Source of the DNA: Prasinococcaceae sp. CCMP 1430
Lineage: Eukaryota > Plantae > Prasinodermophyta
Length of the DNA: 64,000 bases
Direction: 5' to 3'
Assembly: GCA_013416795.1 (NCBI GenBank)
Contig: RQSC01000026.1
Span: forward strand, 1-64,000
Shown piece by piece: positions 37,001-48,673 of the stretch. Both the position numbers and the translations under genes were made by a program. Each line of letters starts with the position of its first letter. Position 1 is the first letter of the stretch. The notes beneath the pieces are model-generated. The model had not been told where the DNA came from. It was given only the letters and a program-made list of their open reading frames with translations, and did not search any database.

Positions 37001-38223
37001 GTCTGAACCACCTGCAGCTTCATCTCCTCCCCTGTTTCGTCCAGAGTGATGGTGATGTGCTTCAGCTCGGCCAACTGCTCCGTGCCCCACGCCGTGATGG
37101 TCGCGGCGTTGTAGGATTCTGAGTAGGTCACACTTTCAGTCTCGAGGGTGCCACCGCTCGACGGATCAATCATCAGGTCGACGACGCCGTCATCGGCGCC
37201 ACCATCAGCTCCTGCCAGTTCGAGTAGCAGCCGCGACGCGCCTTCGCCGCCCGGCCCTGCCGCGGCGGCGCTCTCGACAGTCGGCGCGCCAAGGGTGGTG
37301 ATGTGAGGGTTGCCGACGGCCACGGGGGTGGCACCGTCGAAGCGCGCCGTCACAGCGCCGTCCTCACTGATGTCCACTTCCTTGGTGAGCTCGGCAACGG
37401 TGAAGGACATCGCGAAGATCATGACCAGGATGATGACAAGCGAAGTCCCAAGGAGCACCGCCAGCATCCGCAGCAGCTTGAACTGTCGTTGCGCCGTCTC
37501 GTAGGCGGCGACCATCGCCACCACCTCCGCGGGCACGATTTCGCCGCTGCCGTCGTGGTCGAGCTGCGCGAACATCTGCTGGGCCTTGGCGGGCAAGTGC
37601 GTCAGGTGTGCGAGCTTCACCACCCCCCCAGCACTGCTGACGCTCCGGGGCAGGTACGAGGCAGGCGCGGGACTGCCGCCGGAAGCGCCGTCGGCGCCGC
37701 TGTCGGCACCAGTGTCGGCGCCGCTGTTGGCGCCGCTGTCGGCGCCCGTGTCGGCGCCGGTGTCGGCGCCGCTGTCGGCGCCCGTGTCGGCGCCGGTGTC
37801 GGCGCCCCTGTCGGCACCAGTGTCGGCGCCGCTGTTGGCACCCGTCTCGTCGCCGCTGTCGGCGCCGGTGTTGGCGCCGCTGTCGGCGCCGTTTTCGGGT
37901 TCTGGATCGTCGACCACGAGCGCAATGTCGCCGGCATTGACATCGTTGCCAGAGCCGCCGGCATCTTCACCGGCGCTTCCCTCGTCTTTCTCCAGGCGAC
38001 GCCTCGTGAGCGCGCGCATGAGCCGCCCTGCGCTGCTCACCACAGGACCGACTACAGGGATGCCCACGCGTGGGGAACCCCGGGCGGGCGTCCCGTTTGC
38101 GCTCCCGATGCGTGGAGAGCCCCGTGCGGGCGTCCCGCTGGCGCTGCCCTCGCGGGAACGACCCCGCGCAGGGGTCCCATGGCCGCCGCCGTCGCCTCCG
38201 TCCCCCTCCGCCGCACCCCCCAT
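31090..38223 (-). CDS. Giant protein A (>2370 aa; stop in gap 30420-31089): EF-hand, TM helix, large ectodomain, Cys-rich repeats, Pro-rich stalk, Cys-rich tandem repeats
   Basis: Single uninterrupted ORF from ATG 38223. EF loop DHDGSGEIVPAE, hydrophobic LAVLLGTSLVIILVMIFAMSFTV, repeats FDSAGTHTCPGDSVMTGLYRS...IEKFRCC, and (SPPP)n. Confidence 0.85.
31091..31420 (-). repeat. 117-nt (39-aa) Cys-rich coding tandem repeat running into the gap
   Basis: Units start at 31091, 31208 and 31325. Unit: CSTFSKKSTCNAESACKWNSSKEKCKDREEDEVEEEAVD. Confidence 0.95.
31500..31745 (-). repeat. Ser-Pro(n) extensin/pherophorin-like coding repeat
   Basis: (PPSP)n encoded by 12-nt units ggcggcgggctc on the + strand. 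Confidence 0.9.
37690..37890 (-). repeat. 12-nt GAD(T/S) coding repeat in the cytosolic N-terminus of protein A
   Basis: About 16 units such as gtgtcggcgccg, translating GADSGANTGADSG... Confidence 0.9.
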
Positions 38224-39636
38224 CGCCGCTGCGGCGCTCGCGCTCGCGCCCGCGCGCGCGTCTTGGGGTCGGGACCCTGCTTGCCGCCCTCCTGCAGCAG
38301 GCCCATGACCATCTCCCCCCCAAGTCCCCCCACCACCACCACCTGCGCGTTCGCGCGTCCTCGCCCCCGACTAAATATCGTTCATCCGACCCAACTACCG
38401 TTACCATCGCGCGCCGCAGGACCCTGCCACCCGCGGCCGCTGCCGCGGGCCCGCCCGGCCCGGCCGGATGAGCGGCGCGCCCAAGCTCGCGGCGCAACCT
38501 GGCCAGCCAGCCCAACCATGATGATGTCGCCAGCCAGCCAGCCATCCAGCCAGCCGGCCACCTAGCTAGCTAGCGCCCACCCACCCACCCACCCGCCGGC
38601 CGGAAGGGCGTGGCTACGCGCCTTGCTTGGTCGTCTGTGTTGGTTGGGATGGGCGCCGGCCAGCGGGTGCGCGCGTGTGCCGAGCGCATGCGCCTGTGTC
38701 CTGCCTGTAGTCTACGCGGCCGGTATCGATGCCCGACCGAACGGCAAGCAGCGCGCGCGCGTGCTCGCGGCCTCGGTCGGTCGGCCGCGGCTCCAAGAGA
38801 GCACGCGTGCGGATCTTTTCCCCCCGGCGCGCCGGCGCGGCGCGGCGACACGTCGCCGCCCGGCCGCGTGTGCTCATCTCGCTCACGCCCGCCGCGCGGC
38901 CACGCGCGCGCGTCGTCGGCCGGGGGGGGTAGTTATCCATCCCCCGCGGCGGCGCGCGCGCGCGCTCGGGGAACGCCCCACATCAAAACGCATTGAATTT
39001 CCCCCGCGCCCAACGCCCTGGGCGGTTTCGGTTGCCGTTACGGCCCCGGCGGAGGCGCGCGAAAAAAAAACACAGGTCAAAAGCAACGTCACGTCTGCAA
39101 TGGCAAAAAATCTTTTTAAAAAAATCGGCAGAGCGGAGAGCCATCGGCCAGAGAGATCAGACAGCAGCCAGGCAGGCGAGCCCGACCGACGGACGGTGGC
39201 GACGGGGCGAGCGGGTGCTGCCTCTGCCTGCAGTGCATGCATGCCCGCCTGCCTGCCCGCCTGCCCGTGGGAGCCAACCGAGGGGGGGAAACGCGAGGTC
39301 CGCGCGTCGGCCGGGGCGTTCCCCCGCGCGGCCGGCGGAGTTGCGCTGGGTTTTGCCCCCGAGGCGCGGCGGCGGCGCGCGCGCCGCCGGCCGGGGGGCG
39401 CGCATGGCCAAACCGGTGCGGTGGGGGCGAGAGCCAGGGTGGGTGGGTTGAGTTGGGGGGGAGGTGGCAGGGGGTTGCCACACGCCGCTGCGGGGCGGCG
39501 CGGTGGCGACGCGGCGGTGGCCGCGGTCGCAGCCCCACCGCCCCCGCGCCCCCTTTTCTTGGCCTATCCTCCCCCCCAACCACCACACCCCAACACAAGC
39601 ACACGGGTGGCAGGTGGCGCCGTTCGTCGGCGCGGC

Positions 39637-42600
39637 ATGGGGAACGCGAAGGACATGACGAGCGATGAGGGCGAGACAGAGTTTATCCAGCTGAGCGAGC
39701 TTGCGAGCAAAGAGCTGGTCGAGGCTCTGTCCCCGCTCGATGTCAATGGCGACGGCTCGGTGAGCCTCGGCGAGATGGAGGCCGCGCTCGATGCGTACGA
39801 GCGCGCCCAGACCTCGTCGCGGCGGCTCACGCGCGCCGTCGCGGCGCTCGCTGCGCTGCTTGTGATCTTCGGCATGGTGTCCATGGGGCTGATGTGGGCG
39901 GCGATGGAGCTTGCCAAGGACGCGCGCGTCGGCGATGATGGAACCATGCGCGCGGGTGACTACGCGCTGAAGATGGAGTCGACGTCTATTAGCGTCGGCG
40001 CCAACGGCAGCGCCGGCGGGGGTGCAACGGCGGTGCGCGCGAAGCGCCCCGGTGGGACGGCCGTGGCCACCCGCACGGCGCCCTCGCGCGCCGTGCCGCT
40101 CGAAGGCGGCCTGCCGCAGCTGTTGCACGAGCCGAAGGAGGCGCTCGTGCTCTTCGACAGCATCGACGTTTCACTCAACGGCACGCTCTTGCGGCTCGAG
40201 GTGCTCTCCGTGTCCGACCGGTTCTGGGGCACGCTGGACGGCCAGCCAGCGGGCGCCGCAGACGTGCACGCCGCTGCCGCAGCTGCGAAGTTCTTCCCGG
40301 GCGAGCTCGGAGCCGTGCGAGGAACGCGCCGGGTGCTGATCGAGACAGGCAGCGCTGCGGTGCCGCTGGTGCTCGTGCAGGGCACCTTCGACGCGGCACC
40401 GGGCGAGGGCTTCGCCGCCGGGAGGCCCTTCGGGCTGATTGCCCTGCTGCTCGAGCCGGCCGAGGCGGCGCGCGCTCTCGCTGCCTCCCCGGAGGCCGGC
40501 GACACGCTCGACGCATCCACGTACTCGCCACCACTCGTGTCGCCGTACGTGCCCACCAGCGTGGATCTGGTGACGCGTGGCAAGCACGTGGCGGTGCCAC
40601 CGGAGGGGGGCGCCGCCGCTGCCGCCGTGGAGCGCCACCGCCGCCTGCAGTCCGAGCGCCACCGCCGCCTGCAGATGGCTGGCGGCACGGACGACCGAGT
40701 CGCCAGCGCCGGGGGGCGCGAGCTTGACGGTGTGTCCGAGTGGCTGGAAGGCATCTTTAAGGGCCTCGTTAACAAGCTGCTCGACGTATTCGTCCCCGAC
40801 CTAGATGCCCTCAAGGAGACCGCAACGGCCACACTCAAGAGCATGCTCCCTCGTGTGTGCCTGAAGGACATGTACTGCGAAAAGGGCGTCGTGGGTAACA
40901 ACCTCGACGCCGGCGACGAGTCCGTCGCGCAAGAGTACGAGCCGGCCTTCGAGTGCACCCCGGAGCTGACAGATGAGGAGGGCCTTTATTGCGAGGAACT
41001 CAACGATCCGAACGCGCAGTATTCTCCAAAGCACCAGGAGGAGGGAGCGATCAAAGTCCACAGGTGCGACCACGTCGTACTGCCGGAGGATGTGGCCGAC
41101 AAGTGCCCCGAGCACCAGGCGCTCATGGACGCTTGGGAAGCGGGTGTCAACACTCCCAGCCAGTCCGAGATCGGCGAGGCGCGCAGGAAGTGCCTGCTGG
41201 AGCACGGCAGAACTGATGACAGGGTCTGGGGCAGGTGCCCGCGATCATGCTGCGACTGGCAAGAGGCGAGTGGGGCGACGTTTCGGCCGCCGCCTCCGCC
41301 GTACACGACTCCGCCCCCGCCCTCGCCTCCGCCGCCGCCCATTGGGGTCGCAGATGACGGCCTGCCCTTCGTGCTCGAGGCCCAGGGCGGGCTGGACACC
41401 TCGACGGGCATCATCAACACCTTCGTGCCTATCATGAGGCGCGTCTTGAGTGAGCTTGAGCGGCTCAAATCCGTGAAGATAGGCGGGGAGCCTGCGCTGG
41501 ACGTCTTCATGGCCCGCTGGCCCAAGCTGGCCGAATTCACCGACTACGAGCAGTTCTCGGAGGAGTATGAGGTCACGTTCGACCTTGTCGAGGACATCAT
41601 TCCGTTGTATCTCTGGACAGGCGACACCTACGGAGCAGTTATAATACCGGACGCCCCGGGGATGTCGTACGGCGAGGTGTGGCTGACCAACCGTTCGGAC
41701 ATCAACAGCCCGCTCAGGAGCCAGCAGCGGCGCACCAAGCTTTCGTATTGGAGGTCGGACTACATTTACGAGAGCGTGAATGGCGAAGCGCGCACGCCGC
41801 TGAGCATGTGCGAGGACAGGTACACGACGAGCGAAGACTGGAGAGAGGGTGCGAGTGCGAGCGGATGCGAAACGCTCAGCCACGCGCAGATGCGTGAGGC
41901 GATGCCTGGCTACCCATATCCGTACGGGAGCTACGATGAGGACCCCCTCGTGTCGCGCACGGGCATGGGCGACGACCAGATCGAGCAGCTGCTCACGCAG
42001 CTCGAGGACTTTGCTCAGTTCCAGTCCATGATGAAAAAGACGAGCACGGACACTGCCGGGCGTGGCGTCACTCGGTACGACCAGTTCTACCGCGACAATT
42101 GCATCTACCCCGACCAAGCGGCGCTGCTGCGGTCGACTGACCCCGACGTCGAGAGGATCTTCAGGGCGTCGCGCTCCGTGGCGTGCGAGCGCCTGCTGAA
42201 GGGGGAACTCGACACGATCGAGGTGGCCAGGTGGTACTTCGACGAAGAGGACAACCCCTTCCGCAATGCCAACCCCCCCTCGATGGATGCGCACCTCGAC
42301 GACGGACAGTATCAACCTAAGGAGCCGCTCGGGCGGCAGCGAGAGCAGACGGAGGACCAGCAAGGCAACGCCTTTCATCCGGACTACTGGACGCCGAGGA
42401 ACGCCGACAAGGTTGGCAAAGTGTACAAGCATCATGACCGGTTCTGGGCTACGCCTTACGCAGAAAGAGAGTCGTGGACTGCCGGCGAGCAGGGGGCGCG
42501 GTACACAGGCGAGCTCGCGCCCGGCTGTCCCGTTGAGCTGTACCGCATCGAGGGCTGCGTCCCGAAGCGCCGATACTCGATCGTCAGTGACATCAAAAAG

Positions 42601-45600
42601 TCCGATGCGCAGGGATCCGTGCCGGAGGGCCGCTCGAGCTGGCAGGAATGGGCCGAATTCTTCGCCGCCGACGTGCGCAAGCAGGCACGCATGGCTTATC
42701 TCCTCGCGAAAGCCCCCTCCATTTTGGAGAGTTTTCCTCGCGCTCTGCGAAGAGCAGACGGAGGGGGTGGAGGGCTGCATCGATCCAGCAACGAAGGAGA
42801 GCGTGCCGTGCAGCTGGGGGGACGAGGCCGGGTCGGGTGCGTTCACGTGCATCGAGGCCATCCGCGACATCGAGGATCGCATGCCCTGGCCGCTCCTCCT
42901 CGATGTGCTCACCCCCGCATACGTGTTCGAGGCTGGCGACAGGAGCATCCTCACGGAGATACCCCTGCCGAATTTCATCGGGGAGGGCCAAAAGTTCATG
43001 GACTTTACCAAGCGATTTACGCCCGAGCAGAAGGACCTGGTGCAGTACAAGTGGTCCGGCGAGTCCCTGAACACGGTCAAGGGCGTCTCGGGGGTGAAAG
43101 AGAGCCTCACGTTCGACGACGCGGTAGCGCTGGAGGAGGGTCGGAGGGTCCCGCTCGCCGACAACTTGATGGTCGAGCCCGACTCGAACTTCTGGCGCAT
43201 CAAGCTCCTGGGCCGCTCGCTCACGTTTGCGCGCCTCGCGGACGAGCCATACCGCGCCAACCCGTCCACGATGGTGGCCACGCTCATGCCCACGATGATC
43301 AACACGATTCCAAAGCCGTCGGGGCGGTTCACCCAGCCGCTCGCGGACGCGGCCGAGTGGTTCTCCGCAAGCAACGAGCCCGTCTCCATCGAGGCGGACA
43401 TCCAAAAGCAGGGCTCCAAGTTTTGCAAGCCCTACCAACTTCTCGGCGGAAGGAGTATTTACGGCGACTTTTACATGCACGGGCCTTGGGTCGAGCCAGA
43501 CCGTCACCACCCCAGGTACAACAGATTTTTCAAGACGTTGTACGAGCGCGGCCGCAACATCGACGGCTACTGGGACTTGTGGTCGGAGTACGAGGACAGC
43601 CCCGCCGAGGAGGCGAAGCGGCGCGGCATTCCGTGCGAGGGCAGTTGCAAAAAAAATGCTGATTTGTTTGAGGACGAAGAGGAAAATGACTTGATCCACG
43701 GCTCGGCAGCATGGCGAGTCTACGCGCGCGACACGGGCTACTCGGGGTGTACCCCCGTTGACTACGACGACATTAAAGACTTGGAAACCCTGGAAGAAAA
43801 AGCCAAAGAGGACTTCTGGGCGAGAGCCTTCGACGGGGTGACGACGGGTGCGCTCGCTGTGGTCACCGGTCCCTTCGGGCCCGCGGCAAAGAAGGCCATA
43901 GAGTTGGCGGACCAGGTCGCACAGGCGACTTACGACAATTCGCTCTACTTGAGCGCATTAGGCGATCTGAGGTACAACTCCACTGCGGAAGAAGCCAAGG
44001 TGGGAGCTAACATGGTGGCCCTCTTTACGCCGGCTGGCTGGACGTTCCAGAAGGGCCTCTCCGAGGGCGCCAAGGGTGAGTGTCTGCACAAGCAGCTGCC
44101 GTACTCGAGACACTACCGAGATTGGATACTCCGAGCCGTGGACCCGGAAGAGGGCGCCACCCAGCAGAGTGTCGGGGACGACCTTTTTTACCCACTCAGC
44201 AAAAAGTCGGGCCCCCACGGCGAGAGGGCACAGCCAAAATTCAATCCTGGAACGAAGCACAATGCGGGGGTGACTATGTTCAAGTGCAACATAGGGTACC
44301 TCGAGAGCGTCAGTGGAGGCGACCTGGCCCACCCGCTGAAGTATCTGGTGCATAATTACGGCCACCCCAACGCCAAGGCAAACAACTTGGGTGAATCGGG
44401 CGAAGAGACGACGTGCCACACGCGGATGAGCAACCACGAGGCCACTAGCCAGGGTCTGATCATCTTGAAGGGATGGGAAGGGCCGTTCGCGGGCTCGGCC
44501 CTAACGGGTGCCATGGAAGGGGGGATGGTGCTCAAGGGGGCTCGTAAAGTTGCGCAGTACGCGACAGGTGCGATCAAGAGGGATGAGCGTCCCCACTTTG
44601 AGTGCCTGCACATGTTTAAGGATGCCATCCCCGCCAAAGGACACCCGCACTACAAAAACTGGGACGAGTGGTCGAGGTTCACGGGCAACACGCGGACCGA
44701 GCCCGAGCATCACCTCGACCCCAATGATCACGTGGACCCCGTGATGGGTGCCGGGAAGACGAGGTATCGCATCCCCCTCAGCGTGACCGCTGACGGCGGC
44801 GGCGTCGCGCTGTGGAAGGTCAAGCTGAACGAAAGGGTCACCGTCGACTGGTACGGGAGCCCGGTCGCGCCTGCCAGGAAGTTCCACCAAGCGCGGCAGG
44901 AGCAGCTCCAAAAGCTGTACACCAAATACGGGTGGCCCACCGAGGCGGACGAATGCATCGCGTTTGAGGATGGCTTCCAGCTGTCGGACCTGCCTGAATT
45001 CATTCCGTGCATGGTGAGGACAGTCCTTGCCTTTACGAGGAAGCTGCGGGAGAGGATGATGGAAGGCATCATGGACGCGGTCTCTGCCGCGGCGAACGCG
45101 CCCATCGAGCCTGGCCAATGGGCCATCGAGGCCCGTGCCGGCGCCCTTTTTATGGAGCTGTGCGAGCAGTTCGGCTTTGACGCGCTCTGCGCGGCAGCGA
45201 GGCTGCTTGGCTCTGGCCTTCTCTCCGTCATCAAGGCCTTCGGCATACGGGCCGATTTCGACGTGTGCCTGGGCGTGCCCGAGGACGAGGTGGAGATCGA
45301 CGTATCCAACCTGATGGAAACGCTGTCAGACTGGGTGACCTCGAGCGAGTTCGGCTCTGCGGTGTCCGAGGCTCTCGAGAATCTGCGCGATTGGGCCACC
45401 AGCCGGCGCTCGCTCACCGCGTCGGCCGCCGGCGCGTCGGGTGTCGCGCTCGGGTACGAGGACGACGTCCACGCGGAGGCCAGGCGACACCTCTCGGAGC
45501 ACCTGGGGAGTCACCTGCGCCAGCGCGCACTGCTCGAGTACGATGACGGCGCAGGCCTTGTGCAGATCAAACGCTTTCCGGTGCGACTCGAGGTGATGTC

Positions 45601-48600
45601 CGAGTTCGCCATCACCTTCGATAGCCCCTTTCCGGAGGAATACGAGCAGGAGTGGGACGTGCTCCGGGTCGCCCTCGGGGATGACTTTGCCAGCTCCTTC
45701 CCTTTTCAGGCTGAGGGCGGCATGCCCATCGGCACCAGCGGCTTGCTCTCGGTCGCCTACGACGTGGAGGTCGACATCGAGGTCACGGCGAAGCTCAAGG
45801 CGACGTCGGCCATGAAGGGGGACGTGATATCCTTCAAGCTCCGTGACATGTACGTGGAGCTCGATTTGGCGTCTGGCGATATCAACATCGGCAGCCCCTA
45901 CATTGACACGAGCAGGGGCTCCTTCTCGGCGGACATCAGCGGCGTCTTTGAGATCATAGCGAGCGCCAGGGGAGGCGTGAAGGTCTGCGTGCTGAACGAC
46001 AACTGCATGGGCCCCCGGATGTCATTCTCGGGGCACGCCTCGGCCGGCTTCGACGTGCGCGTCGGCACCGACGAAGAGGGCGAGGCGCCGATCGCGCGTC
46101 TCTCGCGCAGCTTCGACGGCGACAACGAGTACATCAACGCGGGCATCGGCTGCCACGTGCCTCACAACGCCGCCATGGGCTTCTGGGCACAATCGACGGT
46201 GGCCGCTGAGCTTGGGCTCACCTTTGAGGTCATGGAGCTGATGATGGCGTGCCCCTCAGACCGCGACGCCGCCGTGGAGACGACCGGCGTGCCGATTGCG
46301 TCCATCGGCCCGGCGCGCCTGTTCAACGTCGACGCGAGCGCGTGTCTCCCCAAGGTTGGCGCGCCCGGCTTCGTCGGCAAGCGCCTGGGGCTCAAAAAGT
46401 ACAACCCCGACTTTCCGGTGCTGCCGCTGCGCGGGTCGACGTACGCTGACTGGGGCCTGTCCTTCGACACAGCGGGATGGTCCACGTGCGCGGCGAGCGG
46501 GGTGATGAGCGAGGTGCATGACGGCGCCACCGTGGCGATCACCGCCCTCACCCGCAGCGCGTCCGAGTCCGGCGGGGAGCTCTACAACATCGAAGGCGTG
46601 TCGTGCGCGCCCTTCTTCGTTGAAAGGGACGAGTACGCCGAGTACGACTGCATCAACCACGATGTGAGCAGCTCCCTCGACTCGGCCGGGTGGGCCCAGT
46701 GCCCCGACGGTCGCTACTTGAACGGGCTCTACCGCAGCGCATCGAATGGCCTGAACGCCATCGAGGAGCTTCGATGCTGCGGCCACAAGCACAAGTACTC
46801 ACGCGGCCTGGGGAGCTGCCAGAACATCGACGTGACCCCGTCCTTCTTCGGAGGCTACAAGGGCTTCAGTGACGCCGGCACCGTCACTTGCCCTGAGGGG
46901 AAGGCCCTCGTGGGCTTCTACCGCGGCTTCGTCTGGTTCGCCCAGCCGGGAACGCTGTCGAACATCGAGACGCTCCGCTGCTGCAACATCCTGGGGGACG
47001 GCGGCGACGAGTTGAAAAAGGTGAACGTCTCTTCGGAGTACTTCTATGCGGACTGGGGGCTTTCGTTCGACGCGGAGGGCTGGTCTACGTGCGAGGCCGC
47101 CGGGATGGATCGGCCGTTGGCTTCGATGGCAATGGCTGGGCTCACACGCAGCGGTGACCCCAATCGCCTCTTGAATCTCGAGGGGGCGCCGTGCCGTCCG
47201 CTGCAGCTGTCCTTCGAGGCTGTCGAGGGCGCCTACGACTGCGTTGAGCTGAACATCGAGCAGTCCTTCAACGACGCCGGCTGGGCGTTGTGCCCCTACG
47301 GCCGCTACATGAGCGGCCTCTACCGCGGCGGTGGCGGCGACACGCTGGACAATTTGGATGCGGTGTCGTGCTGCGGCGCGACGGACGCGCTCGATCGCGC
47401 GTGGGGCGAGTGCGTGGATGTGGACATCTCCGTGACGTTCGACAGCGCGGGCACCGTCGAGTGCCCCTCCGGCACCGTGCTTACGGGCATGGAGCGCAGC
47501 CACGCGGGCAACGGCGGCGACCTGTACCACATCGAGCGGCTGCGCTGCTGTGAAGTTCTCACCCCTGCGGCCGATCACATCGCCGCCCTGCCGCCGCTCG
47601 CTCTCAGCATTCCCAAGCCCAGCGGCTGGGACTTCAGTGGCGAGGGCTGGCAGCGGTGCGAGGTCGACGGCGCGGATGTCAACTCGACGGTGATGATGAC
47701 CGGGCTCTCGAGAGGCGATGGCGATGGCCTCCAGAGCCTCTCGGCGACGTGCGCCCGCTCCTGGGTCGGATCCGAGTATGAGTGCGTCGAGGTGGACATC
47801 GAGCAGTCCTTCAACGACGCCGGCTGGGCGCTGTGCCCCCACGGCCGCTACATGAGCGGCCTCTACCGCGGTGGCGGCGGCGACACGCTGGACAATTTGG
47901 ATGCGGTGTCGTGCTGCGGCGCGACGGACGCGCTCGATCGCGCGTGGGGCGAGTGCGTGGATGTGGACATCTCCGTGACGTTCGACAGCGCGGGCACCGT
48001 CGAGTGCCCCTCCGGCACCGTGCTTACGGGCATGGAGCGCAGCCACGCGGGCGACGGTGGGCGCCTGATCCACATCGAGACGCTCAAGTGCTGCGCCATC
48101 GCAAGCGCCGGCGCCCTGTTTGCGCCGCCGTCTCCGCCGTCCCCCCCGCCCCCGCCGAGCCCCCCGCCCAGTCCCCCGCCACCGGAAGTGGTCCCGGACC
48201 TGAACGGAGCACCGTCCTGGACGTGCCCTGCTGGCACCCGCCTCACAGAGATATCGGTCGTCAAGGGCTGGTACGTCGACGGCTTCACGGAGCTCAAGTG
48301 CAGCGACGGCAGTACGTTGCCCACCACGGTGCCCGGCTACATCACGAACCCCCACAAGTCTCCGTGCACGATAACCCTCTCGAGCACCACACTCGAGGTG
48401 CAGTACCAGCCGCGTGACTGGCCGCGATTCCTGAACCAGGTCGGCACCTGCGTCCAGGAGCGCGGCAGCTACTACGACTACGGCCCCAAGCGCCTGCTCT
48501 CGTGCAGGTCGAGCAACAACCACTTCGTCGGCATCGCCGCCGTCGAGTTGGGCACCCCGAGCACGTGGCCCCCGAGCTGGGGCTACCCGTCGTTCCTTCA

Positions 48601-48673
48601 GGACTTCGTGCTCGTCTGCAAGGACGGCACGCCCGCCACGGTGATCGGCGGCGACGACTACTACTACTACTAG
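39637..48673 (+). CDS. Giant protein B (~2980 aa), paralogue of protein A; frame change at ~42670-42760 (small intron or indel)
   Basis: ATG 39637, EF loop DVNGDGSVSLGE, TM AVAALAALLVIFGMVSMGLMWAAM. Protein-like sequence moves from ORF 38623..43662 to ORF 42266..48673. Shares motifs with A (WPLLLDVLTPAYVF vs WAALVRALTPEYVY; WSGESLNTV vs WSGKYLNSV). Nine Cys-rich units and an SPPP stalk. Confidence 0.8.
47253..48052 (+). repeat. Near-identical 257-nt intragenic duplication (47253-47509 and 47796-48052)
   Basis: Offset 543 nt. Both copies encode IEQSFNDAGWALCP...TGMERSHAG. Confidence 0.95.
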
